A DNA stretch of 30,710 nt from positions 1 through 30,710 of IMG/VR virus record IMGVR_UViG_3300012665_000488; one strand, written 5' to 3'. Both the position numbers and the translations under genes were made by a program. Positions 1-7,642 of the stretch are shown in pieces. The stretch comes from a virus. Lineage: Duplodnaviria > Caudoviricetes. Positions within the stretch are counted from its first letter, which is position 1; each line of letters starts with the position of its first letter. The notes beneath the pieces are model-generated. The model ran no database searches. It was not told where the DNA came from and saw only the letters and a list, made by a program, of their open reading frames with translations.

Positions 1-823
1 AATCGTCAGGCACAATGTAGAAACAATACACGCGTGACTTAGGCGAATAAATAGGAAACGCTGTTTCTTTTCCAATTTGAATCGTATAAAATTTAACGTC
101 AGTAAAATCCAAACCGCCTCCAATCAAATTCATTGGATAAGCACCAATGACGTTGACTATATTATCGTCGTCGTTTAAATCTACTTTAACCGTGTCAATC
201 AAAGTACTATTTTCATCGTATGTTGAAAAAACTGCAATGTCAAAATCGTTATCTGGAAGCAATGTCGTTGCTGAAGGTGTGTACATTACACCATAGTCAG
301 CTAATCGCGTAGGAATATAAACGATGTCGGTAGAAAAAAATCCTGTAGGTGCTTCAAGCCATTTGTGCGTTTCGTTCGTGCGTTCGCTCATTAAATACTT
401 CGTCGTTCCGTCCAACGCATATCGAACATTTGGGTCTGGTTTGTAGCCGTCTCTCACTTGATATTCAGCTAAGAACGCGTACACATCGTCAATGTCAGCC
501 ATTCCGCTACCGCTTACTGTGAACACTCCGTCAACTAACCACCCCTCTTTTATCGTGCAAGAAATAACCGCGACGCTTGAAGTCTCTGTTGTGTTGGAAG
601 TCATTAAAATGGAAGGGTTGTGCGTCAACGATTCACGAAAGATTGGTGCAAGGTCTAACATTCCCTTGTTTTGTGCGTTGGGTTGAACGTTGACTTGGAA
701 AGAACCGAAGTCGAACACGAATCTAAACCCTGCATTTGTCACGTTGGTTGAAGATGCAACGAGCATAAGTCGCTGACCGATGGGTGTGTATTGGTATGGT
801 TGATCGTTGATTGTAATTGCCAT
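1..823 (-). CDS. Tail structural protein, partial (runs off window edge; missing from ORF track), homologue of 28713-29993
   Basis: Manual translation from ATG 823 gives MAITINDQPYQYTPIGQRLMLVASSTNVTNAGFRF...VQPN...YQVRDGYKPDP, aligning with MAITIHQQPYVFTALKQKLIVVATSSNIGQPGFRY...VQPN...FQISDGFNPNP. Confidence 0.85.
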   Translation of the reverse strand, partial: MAITINDQPYQYTPIGQRLMLVASSTNVTNAGFRFVFDFGSFQVNVQPNAQNKGMLDLAPIFRESLTHNPSILMTSNTTETSSVAVISCTIKEGWLVDGVFTVSGSGMADIDDVYAFLAEYQVRDGYKPDPNVRYALDGTTKYLMSERTNETHKWLEAPTGFFSTDIVYIPTRLADYGVMYTPSATTLLPDNDFDIAVFSTYDENSTLIDTVKVDLNDDDNIVNVIGAYPMNLIGGGLDFTDVKFYTIQIGKETAFPIYSPKSRVYCFYIVPDD

Positions 824-826
824 ATT

Positions 827-1363
827 TTAAATGTCTTTTAGTTGATTTTCTAACGTTGCCGTGAAGTCTTTTTGATATGCTGCTACCACTTGCGCTTCGT
901 ATTCGTCCCATATGTTCTCCATCGCATAATCGAAAGCGTGCCATCCCTTGATGCCTTGTTTGCCTATCTTTCGAGCAATAAGAAAAGCGACTTGTCTTTT
1001 GAGTGCTTCCGTTGGTTTCTGAAACTTACCGCTTTCCTTGTCGCGTAGTTTTATTGGTTTGATTCTCATCCATTCAAGAATCGCGTCAACAGGCGGTTGC
1101 TTTCCTGGTTTCCTTCCGTTCTCACGCGCAAGAAAATAGTTTGATGCCTTGCCCTTCGCGTAAATTGAAATATTGATAGATTGCCCTTTTATTTGCAACC
1201 TATACTTCAAAGACTTTTCGAGCGTTCCACTTGCCACCGCGTTCGTGAAGTTGCGACCGACCTTTCGCTTCATGCGATAGTCGGACTGCATCAATTCGAC
1301 AAAGCGTTTTGCCATATCGTTGACCACAGCGAAGAAGTTTGGTGCGCTCGATTCGTTAGGCAT
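827..1363 (-). CDS. Putative tail completion/neck protein, homologue of 29996-30619
   Basis: Shares SGTLEKSLKY/TGTLAASLYY, PPVDAILEWM/PPVDAILNWM and ARKIGKQGI/AKSIEKKGI with the 207-aa ORF; basic protein in the tail module. Confidence 0.7.
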   Translation of the reverse strand: MPNESSAPNFFAVVNDMAKRFVELMQSDYRMKRKVGRNFTNAVASGTLEKSLKYRLQIKGQSINISIYAKGKASNYFLARENGRKPGKQPPVDAILEWMRIKPIKLRDKESGKFQKPTEALKRQVAFLIARKIGKQGIKGWHAFDYAMENIWDEYEAQVVAAYQKDFTATLENQLKDI

Positions 1364-1481
1364 CTTTCTCTGATTCCTCTTTTATCTTGTTGAAGAATTG
1401 AATCAATGGTAAGCCAAACTTTGTAGGCATCTCTTGAATGAAAGCATCTAACTGCTTCAAATGTTCCTCTGTTAGTTGCAT
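1356..1481 (-). CDS. Small 41-aa protein downstream of the tail fibre (MQLTEEHLKQLDAFIQEMPTKFGLPLIQFFNKIKEESEKDA)
   Basis: Manual translation; fills the gap between ORFs; the second copy at 30616-30710 differs by two synonymous changes across 1374-1453. Confidence 0.8.
   Translation of the reverse strand: MQLTEEHLKQLDAFIQEMPTKFGLPLIQFFNKIKEESEKDA
1374..1453. repeat. Direct repeat copy 1 (80 bp, 2 mismatches; last 55 bp exact) of the window end
   Basis: 1374-1453 vs 30631-30710, mismatches at 1395/30652 and 1398/30655. Confidence 0.95.
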
Positions 1482-1482
1482 A

Positions 1483-1752
1483 TTAGAAAGATAAAATTGT
1501 TACTCCTATTGCGTTCGCTACGCATTCTGCGACATACTCGTTGTCAAAGCCCCACGCTGCGAACTCTTCTTCGGTTAGCGTGTAGTTACCATTGCTTAAA
1601 ACCTTTGAAGGCACTTCCTCAGTAGCCTCAGATTTCAATTCATAGTAGGTAGTGCAAGTTGTTGCGCTTGTTTCAAAGTTGAGAATGAGAACGCTCATTT
1701 CGGTTGCTGTTCCTGCGTTTAGCGGGAATGTGATTGGTTGAATTTTAGCCAT
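1483..1752 (-). CDS. Small acidic tail-fibre-associated protein (possible fibre chaperone)
   Basis: 89-aa ORF immediately downstream of the fibre gene; function inferred from position only. Confidence 0.55.
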   Translation of the reverse strand: MAKIQPITFPLNAGTATEMSVLILNFETSATTCTTYYELKSEATEEVPSKVLSNGNYTLTEEEFAAWGFDNEYVAECVANAIGVTILSF

Positions 1753-1759
1753 TTGTTTA

Positions 1760-4270
1760 TTATATTAAAGTGAATGTTTTTGTTACTCCTCCAATTCTCA
1801 TTTTTATATCTGTTCCATCAAACCAAATGTCACCGTTCACAGGTGAGGTAGGTGCTGTTCCGCTCGGTATTCTCAACGAAGCTCTTGCAGTTACTGAAGG
1901 TGCTAAAACAGTTGTTCCTGCCGTTACTTCAATCGCTCTGAAATCTGCAGCAGCTGTTAGCGTTGGATTGATGTAAAGACCTCGCGTAATTCCGTTTGCA
2001 CCACCTGTTTGGTTTACTGTAAAAGATAAATTACAACCGTTAAATACAGCTGTTCCACTTGTTGGAACTATTGAGCCTGTATAACTATAAACAGAAGTAG
2101 TTCCTGAAGTTGCAGAAAAAGATGAACTCGTTGTAAATTGTTGTGCGGATACAAGCCCTGTGAATAATGCTGTAAATCCATTTGTAAAAGAAACAAGAGT
2201 TGTATTATCACTATTTCGAAGAATAAGAGCGTTTGTACCAGTTGTATTTCCTCCTCCTGTTATTCTTGTATTTCCATTCACATCAAGCTTGTACCCAGCG
2301 TCTGTTGTTGTGCCGATGAGAGTATTACCGCTTGAAGTGTTTAAGCAAACCTTACCAACAGTTGTTTCTAACGCTCTAAAATCTGCTGCTGCTGTTAGTG
2401 TTGGTACTATGTAAATACCTCTGCTTATTCCACTTGCTCCCCCTGTTTGATTGATGGTAGGCGCAATTTGAAATATATTATAAACACCAGTACCACTTGT
2501 TGGGTTAAAGCCTCGGTCAATATTTACTAACGCTCTTGTTCCGCTTAAATTAGCTACGTTACCTTGAGCATTGGTGATGTAAAAATCTGTTCCTGTTTCA
2601 CTTGGAATAAGACTACTACGCAAAATTAAACCTTCGCGGCTTCCTACTCCTGTTGGAAACACACCTGCTAAAGTTGCAGTTGTTCCGATGTAAACTCCTG
2701 TTGTACTTCTGATATCACTTACAAAGCGAGCCGTGCCATTCACATCCAACCTATATCCTGCGTCTGTTGTTGTGCCGACTGCAAAATTTCCGTTGGCGAA
2801 TAGACGCATTCTTTCAGCACTTGAAGTGCCATACCAAATATGGTTACCACCTGCGCCATAAAATCCAATGCCACTATTACCACGAAGTTCGGGAGTGCCA
2901 CCTGTTAAATCTAAATAAGTGCTGCTAAATGTAGCACCTCCAATTTGTCCGTTTACTGCTAATCGAATTGAGCCTACAAAATTGCTTGTTCCTATTCCTA
3001 ATTTATTGCTCGTATTATCCCAAAAGAAGTTAGCACTCTCCTGCAATACATTGCCCGTTCCTTCGAATAGAACTCGCCCAACCGTTCCGCTTGTGATAGG
3101 TGTAGTACCAACCGTTAAGCCTGTCGCTATAGTGAATGTTCTATCTGCGCTTAAGTCTTGTGTCGTGCCGTTGATCGTTAGCGTGCGAGTTGTTGGAACT
3201 TTGCTGCTATCTAAATGCTCAAGCGCATCGTCTGCGTTTGTTCCTGTAACTGTGCTATCGTTTTGTACTTGCGATGTCTTGAGTTTGCTATGCTGCCATT
3301 GAAAAGGTTGTGGTCCTAATGGAGTGCTAACGTATATCCAAGTATCGTCAACCGCAGGAGTACCACTTTGGAAGTCTACTCCGTGAACACGATGTACTGT
3401 TGGATTAGGATAAGTGCCTTGCAAGTCTCCACCTGCTGCGCCGTTTGGAGGTAGTGAAGTTGGTATAGTTGGCTTGTTGTCTAAGTCATCATAGTCATTG
3501 CTAAAAGCAGTAGCTCCTAAATCAGCAGTGTTAGCCTTTAGAGCTACATCAGTTTGCAGAGCTGCAATGTCATCTACTATAGATATAATAGTAGCGCATT
3601 CGGGTAAAGTCTCGCAAGTCAGCCCTATGTTATCTACTATTGCATGCCATCCTTTTACTCCTGCCTCATCAGTACCATAGTAGTAAGAGTTACCCGGTGC
3701 TTCTTCGTCATTAAGTAGGCTAACAAATACTCCATTTTGATCTAAGCTCTCAATAAACTGCAAAGCTCCCCATCCATCTGAAGGCGAATCTGTAGGAGTA
3801 TTATAGTTCCAGCTTGCAGGAATGCTGCATGCTGACCAATCGTAATCTAAGTTAAGCTCTATTGTTCCTGTTACACCCGTTAGCGTGTGAGTGTATTGCT
3901 CAACGAATGGCTCAGAGCTGACAGGGCGAGTAAGCACTACATCAGTGCCAAACATATTGCCCAAGTAAATCTCGTTAATTAAGTCTTGAAAGATTAGTGA
4001 GCAATCAGTAATGCTCTCCGCTTGGTAGCCTGTCTTATCTTCTTTGTCGCGAGGAAGGTCACTAATGAATATCTCAAATTGAAATGAACGTGTACCTGGA
4101 GCGTAGTTAATAGCGCGAGGCTTAACGTGCAGCCACGGCCACTCTGCCTCTTTCTCTAAATCGGCTTGGCTAATCTCACCATGTGTAAACCTACGCAATT
4201 GGAAATGCCCTGCTGCGAACTGTCTAAACCTATCTACTATTACGTTGTATGTGTAGTTAATTGTGCTCAT
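1760..4270 (-). CDS. Tail-terminator-like N-terminal domain fused to a long Gly/Thr-rich fibre
   Basis: First ~152 aa resemble a compact tail-terminator-type domain ending in CSIP; followed by YDDLDNKPTIP, GGDLQGTYPNPT, repeated GTTTDAGYxLDVNG and NQTGGAxGIxRG..PTLTAAADFRA units, and C-terminal APTSPVNGDIWFDG typical of fibres. Confidence 0.75.
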   Translation of the reverse strand: MSTINYTYNVIVDRFRQFAAGHFQLRRFTHGEISQADLEKEAEWPWLHVKPRAINYAPGTRSFQFEIFISDLPRDKEDKTGYQAESITDCSLIFQDLINEIYLGNMFGTDVVLTRPVSSEPFVEQYTHTLTGVTGTIELNLDYDWSACSIPASWNYNTPTDSPSDGWGALQFIESLDQNGVFVSLLNDEEAPGNSYYYGTDEAGVKGWHAIVDNIGLTCETLPECATIISIVDDIAALQTDVALKANTADLGATAFSNDYDDLDNKPTIPTSLPPNGAAGGDLQGTYPNPTVHRVHGVDFQSGTPAVDDTWIYVSTPLGPQPFQWQHSKLKTSQVQNDSTVTGTNADDALEHLDSSKVPTTRTLTINGTTQDLSADRTFTIATGLTVGTTPITSGTVGRVLFEGTGNVLQESANFFWDNTSNKLGIGTSNFVGSIRLAVNGQIGGATFSSTYLDLTGGTPELRGNSGIGFYGAGGNHIWYGTSSAERMRLFANGNFAVGTTTDAGYRLDVNGTARFVSDIRSTTGVYIGTTATLAGVFPTGVGSREGLILRSSLIPSETGTDFYITNAQGNVANLSGTRALVNIDRGFNPTSGTGVYNIFQIAPTINQTGGASGISRGIYIVPTLTAAADFRALETTVGKVCLNTSSGNTLIGTTTDAGYKLDVNGNTRITGGGNTTGTNALILRNSDNTTLVSFTNGFTALFTGLVSAQQFTTSSSFSATSGTTSVYSYTGSIVPTSGTAVFNGCNLSFTVNQTGGANGITRGLYINPTLTAAADFRAIEVTAGTTVLAPSVTARASLRIPSGTAPTSPVNGDIWFDGTDIKMRIGGVTKTFTLI
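1927..2779 (-). repeat. Internal duplicated modules in the fibre gene
   Basis: NQTGGAxGIxRGxYIxPTLTAAADFRA at ~1927-2020 and ~2366-2461; GTTTDAGYxLDVNG at ~2274-2318 and ~2736-2779. Confidence 0.85.
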
Positions 4271-4277
4271 ATCTTTA

Positions 4278-4286
4278 TAGTGGAAA
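4278..4286 (-). promoter_or_regulatory. Putative late promoter motif TTTCCACTA
   Basis: The same motif is upstream of gene starts at 11209, 22730 and 23356; here it lies just upstream of the fibre ATG (4270). Confidence 0.6.
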
Positions 4287-4550
4287 TTAAGTTAGCTTTT
4301 GTTGCATGCTGTTAGCGTAGTCCATCGCATAGGTCAAATGGGTGAAGATTGTTGAAGCTCTTGTTTTAGTTATAGCATCGAACTTAGTTACATCGCGCTC
4401 GGCCATCTCTTCGATAACATGCCACCACTGATAAACTGAAGCTAATGTTTCACCTCTTCTGCTAACTGACTGATCTCCTTCTTCAGCCTCTCCAGCTCCT
4501 GCTCTAAATATGCGGGTGTATTGGTCACTAAATCTTTGCTGAGTGTCGAA
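4287..4550 (-). CDS. -1 frameshift extension of the tail assembly chaperone (G-T type product, ~246 aa in total)
   Basis: T9 run at 4549-4557 (CTT TTT TTT TCG); the -1 frame is open for 87 codons (FDTQQRFSDQYTRIF...YQWWHVIEEMAERDVTKFDAIT...MQQKLT) to TAA 4287-4289 and fills an otherwise empty gap. Confidence 0.8.
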   Translation of the reverse strand, partial: FDTQQRFSDQYTRIFRAGAGEAEEGDQSVSRRGETLASVYQWWHVIEEMAERDVTKFDAITKTRASTIFTHLTYAMDYANSMQQKLT

Positions 4551-5026
4551 AAAAAAAGCAGCGCAGCATTAACATTGGCTAAGTTAAGCTTGCGCATCTG
4601 AGGCGCATACTTTAAATGCACATCACTGTCATACTCCTCTATCTTGTATTGCATATTAATCTCAGCAGTTACCGGTCTATAGAGAATACACATAAGCTCA
4701 GGTAGCTGATGAGGAAAGTTCTTACTAAGCTCAGACAAATCTAACCACTCTCCAAAGGTCATGCTCTTGAGATTCGGATGAAAGCCGAATTTTATCCCAT
4801 CTATATCTATGAACTGCTTAAATACCTTCTCATCGTTCTTTAAACCATTAGCGTAAGCTGTCACAATTTTTTCAATTTGTGTGACATCTATCTTCCTGAT
4901 ATCATCTCTCTTTAATCCTGTGATAGCTTGAATCTGTGAGACAGTATCTTCCCCTGCAGCCATAAAATCTACGTATGTGCCGAGCGTTTGATCACTGTAC
5001 TTAGTGCTTATTATTTTATCACTCAT
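4442..5026 (-). CDS. Tail assembly chaperone (gpG-like)
   Basis: 194 aa with FGFHPNLKSMTFGEWLDL and ILYRP motifs and a slippery LLFF site followed by an open -1 frame. Confidence 0.75.
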   Translation of the reverse strand: MSDKIISTKYSDQTLGTYVDFMAAGEDTVSQIQAITGLKRDDIRKIDVTQIEKIVTAYANGLKNDEKVFKQFIDIDGIKFGFHPNLKSMTFGEWLDLSELSKNFPHQLPELMCILYRPVTAEINMQYKIEEYDSDVHLKYAPQMRKLNLANVNAALLFFSTLSKDLVTNTPAYLEQELERLKKEISQLAEEVKH

Positions 5027-5201
5027 AATTAAATCTTAATCTACCTGCTTTCTTTAACTCTTCATACATTTCTATTTCCAAATCAGCTCTTTTATCCGCA
5101 GTTAATTCCTCAGGATTACTAAACATTATTGGAATCTCTTTATGAAAGTGAGCCATTATAGCTATAAACATTTCTTCGTCTCGTTTGGTTATCTCGCTCA
5201 T
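5019..5201 (-). CDS. Hypothetical protein (60 aa)
   Basis: Co-oriented ORF tightly packed between TerS and the chaperone. Confidence 0.6.
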   Translation of the reverse strand: MSEITKRDEEMFIAIMAHFHKEIPIMFSNPEELTADKRADLEIEMYEELKKAGRLRFNYE

Positions 5202-5204
5202 AGC

Positions 5205-5645
5205 TTAAATATTTGTGCCATCTATGGTTATGTTAATACTCTTTATCTCAGTGCTCAGCTCTTGCCTTTCAATGTACCCTCTTTGCTTGCCTTGAGTCTT
5301 TAAGTAAAATATCACAGCGCTTGTGTTAGGTGCATCCTTAATCGTTACTACCTCACCATCATGAGTTAGCGCCTGCCTCTCTGCTCCTTCCATTAGCTTC
5401 TTAAGCTGAGACTCTGCGAAGTCAAGTGCTACATTCTTAAGCGAAGCTACAGCGGCTGCATACTCAGCATCATCTTTGAGCCAAGCGTAATGCGTTTCTC
5501 TGCGTATGCCTATCTTCTCTGCTGCCTCAGTTACATTACCCAGTGCAGATGTCAGCGCTTGTAACATCGCATCTTTTTTGATTGTTAGATTTTGTGGCTG
5601 CTCTTCCGAGTTTGGTTCTATTTTACTTCCGACTTTGGCACTCAT
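5205..5645 (-). CDS. terS: Terminase small subunit
   Basis: N-terminal HTH (ALGNVTEAAEKIGIRRETHYAWL), LDFAESQL and AVIFYLKTQGKQRGYIERQE motifs typical of phage TerS. Confidence 0.78.
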   Translation of the reverse strand: MSAKVGSKIEPNSEEQPQNLTIKKDAMLQALTSALGNVTEAAEKIGIRRETHYAWLKDDAEYAAAVASLKNVALDFAESQLKKLMEGAERQALTHDGEVVTIKDAPNTSAVIFYLKTQGKQRGYIERQELSTEIKSINITIDGTNI

Positions 5646-5995
5646 GCTAACTTATTCTTAAAGTGTGTTATTAACTGCTCCATCTTAGAGTCATAGTATT
5701 TAGCAAAGGTAGTAAAACCTTCGTTATCAGCTTCATAAACTCTAAACATTATACCCCTTAATCTCTGAGAAGGTTTCTTAAGTGTATCTTCTAACTCTGA
5801 TTTAAGCGATTCTACTGCATCTAACTCCTCACGTCTAAAGCTCTCATCTTTAAAAGCTAAATAACCGAACTGATTGGCAGTACCGAATAGCTCAGCAGCT
5901 TGTGCCGGAGTGAGCTCATTAGTTCCAAAGGTAAGTTTAAGAGTCTTATCTTTCCTTGTGCCTACTGATTCAAGTTGTGCTGGTATTAATATCAT
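5642..5995 (-). CDS. Conserved phage hypothetical protein
   Basis: 117 aa with ATGA-type overlaps to both neighbours; TRKDKTLKLTF and PSQRLRG motifs. Confidence 0.65.
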   Translation of the reverse strand: MILIPAQLESVGTRKDKTLKLTFGTNELTPAQAAELFGTANQFGYLAFKDESFRREELDAVESLKSELEDTLKKPSQRLRGIMFRVYEADNEGFTTFAKYYDSKMEQLITHFKNKLA

Positions 5996-6228
5996 TGATC
6001 TAATAAATCTAAGTCAATGTAATATTCTTTCATTGTGTCGCTTAGTAGCTCACCCATCTCTAATATTAAAGCTTCTTGTTCAGGTGTATTAGTATCCCTT
6101 TTAAGCATTTTGTAAATCTTAGCCTCTAAACTTCCTAAGCATAATACCAAATCTAAAGCCTTAACACATCTCATGTGTTGGTCTCTATCTTCAGGTATCT
6201 CTAAATCAAATGTTAATGTAGCTTGCAT
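5992..6228 (-). CDS. Hypothetical protein (78 aa)
   Basis: MQATLTFDLEIPEDRD start; 4-bp overlap with the next gene. Confidence 0.65.
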   Translation of the reverse strand: MQATLTFDLEIPEDRDQHMRCVKALDLVLCLGSLEAKIYKMLKRDTNTPEQEALILEMGELLSDTMKEYYIDLDLLDQ

Positions 6229-6268
6229 AATTCGGTTATTTGTATAATTGATTATTGATATTTAACAG

Positions 6269-6418
6269 TTACGATCCACAATATAAGCAAGCCTCATCCT
6301 CTCCACCTTCTCCTGCATTTAAGATGCGCTCACATTCTTTATCTACTTGTTCTTCGCTCCAGTTTGGGTTAAACATTTTCACTTGTGCCTTCAAAAAGTT
6401 ATAGCTATTGTCATTCAT
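6269..6418 (-). CDS. Small 49-aa protein ending in acidic linker plus CLYCGS (below ORF-track cutoff)
   Basis: Manual translation MNDNSYNFLKAQVKMFNPNWSEEQVDKECERILNAGEGGEDEACLYCGS*. Confidence 0.7.
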   Translation of the reverse strand: MNDNSYNFLKAQVKMFNPNWSEEQVDKECERILNAGEGGEDEACLYCGS

Positions 6419-6429
6419 TAGTTAGTTAG

Positions 6430-6797
6430 TTTAGTAATTACATCTATTAGTGTAATTAACTTTAAGCTTTTGCTAATTAGCTATTAGCTTTAGCTAATTA
6501 ACTCTTTGCTTAGAGCTTAGATTCTGAGCTAATGAGAGATAGAAGTATCCAGCACAAAGATTTCTCTAAGTGTTGGGCTCTCATTAAAATGACTATCTCT
6601 CTGCTTGTCGCTTGAGTTCTTTCGCCATTATGAATTAGTGTCATCAGCAATGTGCACTAACATGGTATCTATCTTTTAGAGTAATTGCCTACCCTAAGTA
6701 ACCTGGAGCTTATACCTTAGCCATACTCCTGAGCTGTGTTACTATCCCACAGTAGCTCTTTTCATTCTTTACGCTGCCGTTAATCGCTTCCGCCCGT
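6430..6797. other. ORF-free island of clustered inverted repeats (candidate origin or structured RNA)
   Basis: TAATTACA/TGTAATTA (~6435-6458), TAATTAGCTA/TAGCTAATTA (6474-6500), TAATGAGAG/CTCTCATTA enclosing CCAGCAC/GTGTTGG (~6530-6586), TTAGTG/CACTAA (~6635-6660), GAGCT/AGCTC (~6731-6758), TTTACG/CGTAAA (~6768-6800). Confidence 0.5.
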
Positions 6798-6846
6798 AAA
6801 AAATATAGCCCTAAGGATGCAGGGTGAGGACATCCAAAGGGCATAT
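6798..6846 (-). terminator. Intrinsic terminator/attenuator hairpin
   Basis: Minus strand GCCCT-TT-GGATG-11nt loop-CATCC-TT-AGGGC followed by TATA and six U (A-run 6798-6803). Confidence 0.65.
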
Positions 6847-6891
6847 AACCTTAAATCAAATCTTATGTCTAACAGTAATCACACCCTGTAA

Positions 6892-6926
6892 CAAATATAT
6901 TTCAAGTTGGTTACAATTAGTAACCA
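6892..6926 (-). promoter_or_regulatory. Bacteroidota -7 promoter element TATATTTG with upstream palindromic operator
   Basis: TATATTTG at 6899-6892; palindrome TGGTTAC-N5-GTAACCA at 6908-6926 covers the -33 region; no clear TTTG -33 element. Confidence 0.55.
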
Positions 6927-6935
6927 TGTTAAAAA

Positions 6936-7127
6936 CTATTTCTGCTGTTGAAAACGTAGCACTGTGATGTATATCCAAAAAGGAAGCCATACAAGCCCTG
7001 TAAAGAAGATGCCCACATAAGCATACCAATGGTAAGAAGATAAGTGTCTCTGATGTCTGTAAACGTTCAGAGATAAGATTGTGAAATGAAGTAGGAAGCC
7101 TACTAAGTAGATAATGAATAGTGTCAT
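6936..7127 (-). CDS. Small membrane protein (two TM segments)
   Basis: 63 aa with two hydrophobic stretches; 4-bp overlap with the upstream gene. Confidence 0.65.
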   Translation of the reverse strand: MTLFIIYLVGFLLHFTILSLNVYRHQRHLSSYHWYAYVGIFFTGLVWLPFWIYITVLRFQQQK

Positions 7128-7642
7128 AGTTTTTTTCTTTTGGCTCTTCGTTTTTTTTGTATCGGCTCAGGAGTGAGCTCTAAGTTAGTTAATTCAATTA
7201 GTGCTTGAGCTGATTCCAATTTACTTAGCTCAGATAACAAGCGCTGCTCTACATCATCTACGTATTTCTTGGCGCATGGGCCACAGCTTGTACCAGGGTA
7301 ATTTAAGTTAGTATACTTCTTTCGCATCTCACCTATGACCTTCATATCTTGGCTCGTTACTTGATTCTTTCTCTTTGTAGATTCAATGAAGGCAAGCATA
7401 TTCTCAATTACCAATCTATCATCTAAGATGGGCCATTTCTTCGCAGGACAATCCTTAACTGCATACATTGCCAAGTGATCAATAGGGCAGCCGCATGGCT
7501 TAAATAGATGGCCATTAAGCTCAGTTGGTTTAGCGAATGGATTGATGGCATTAGTTGGAGGCCCGCACGTTTTATAGCGAGTATTAAATACTTCGCACTT
7601 ATTGCAGATTTCAATCCTCGCAGCGTAGTTTTCTTTGGTCAT
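7124..7642 (-). CDS. Cys-rich, probably Zn-binding protein with basic C-terminal tail
   Basis: CNKC, CGCP, CPAKKW and TSCGPC motifs; ends QKKRRAKRKKL. Confidence 0.7.
   Translation of the reverse strand: MTKENYAARIEICNKCEVFNTRYKTCGPPTNAINPFAKPTELNGHLFKPCGCPIDHLAMYAVKDCPAKKWPILDDRLVIENMLAFIESTKRKNQVTSQDMKVIGEMRKKYTNLNYPGTSCGPCAKKYVDDVEQRLLSELSKLESAQALIELTNLELTPEPIQKKRRAKRKKL

Noticed and set aside
723-944. 73-aa minus-strand ORF
   Set aside because: Overlaps two genuine genes (827-1363 and 1-823) out of frame
1927-2779. Fibre repeats as DGR template/variable repeats or an invertible cassette
   Set aside because: No reverse transcriptase or invertase; repeats are direct, in frame and differ at many non-adenine positions
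6848-6864. U-rich segment of the 90-nt leader as a second antisense guide (9-11 nt matches near 15449 and 30028)
   Set aside because: Matches are short and low-complexity, not distinguishable from chance by eye
7423-7614. 63-aa nested minus-strand ORF
   Set aside because: Entirely inside the Cys-rich gene in another frame, no supporting signals
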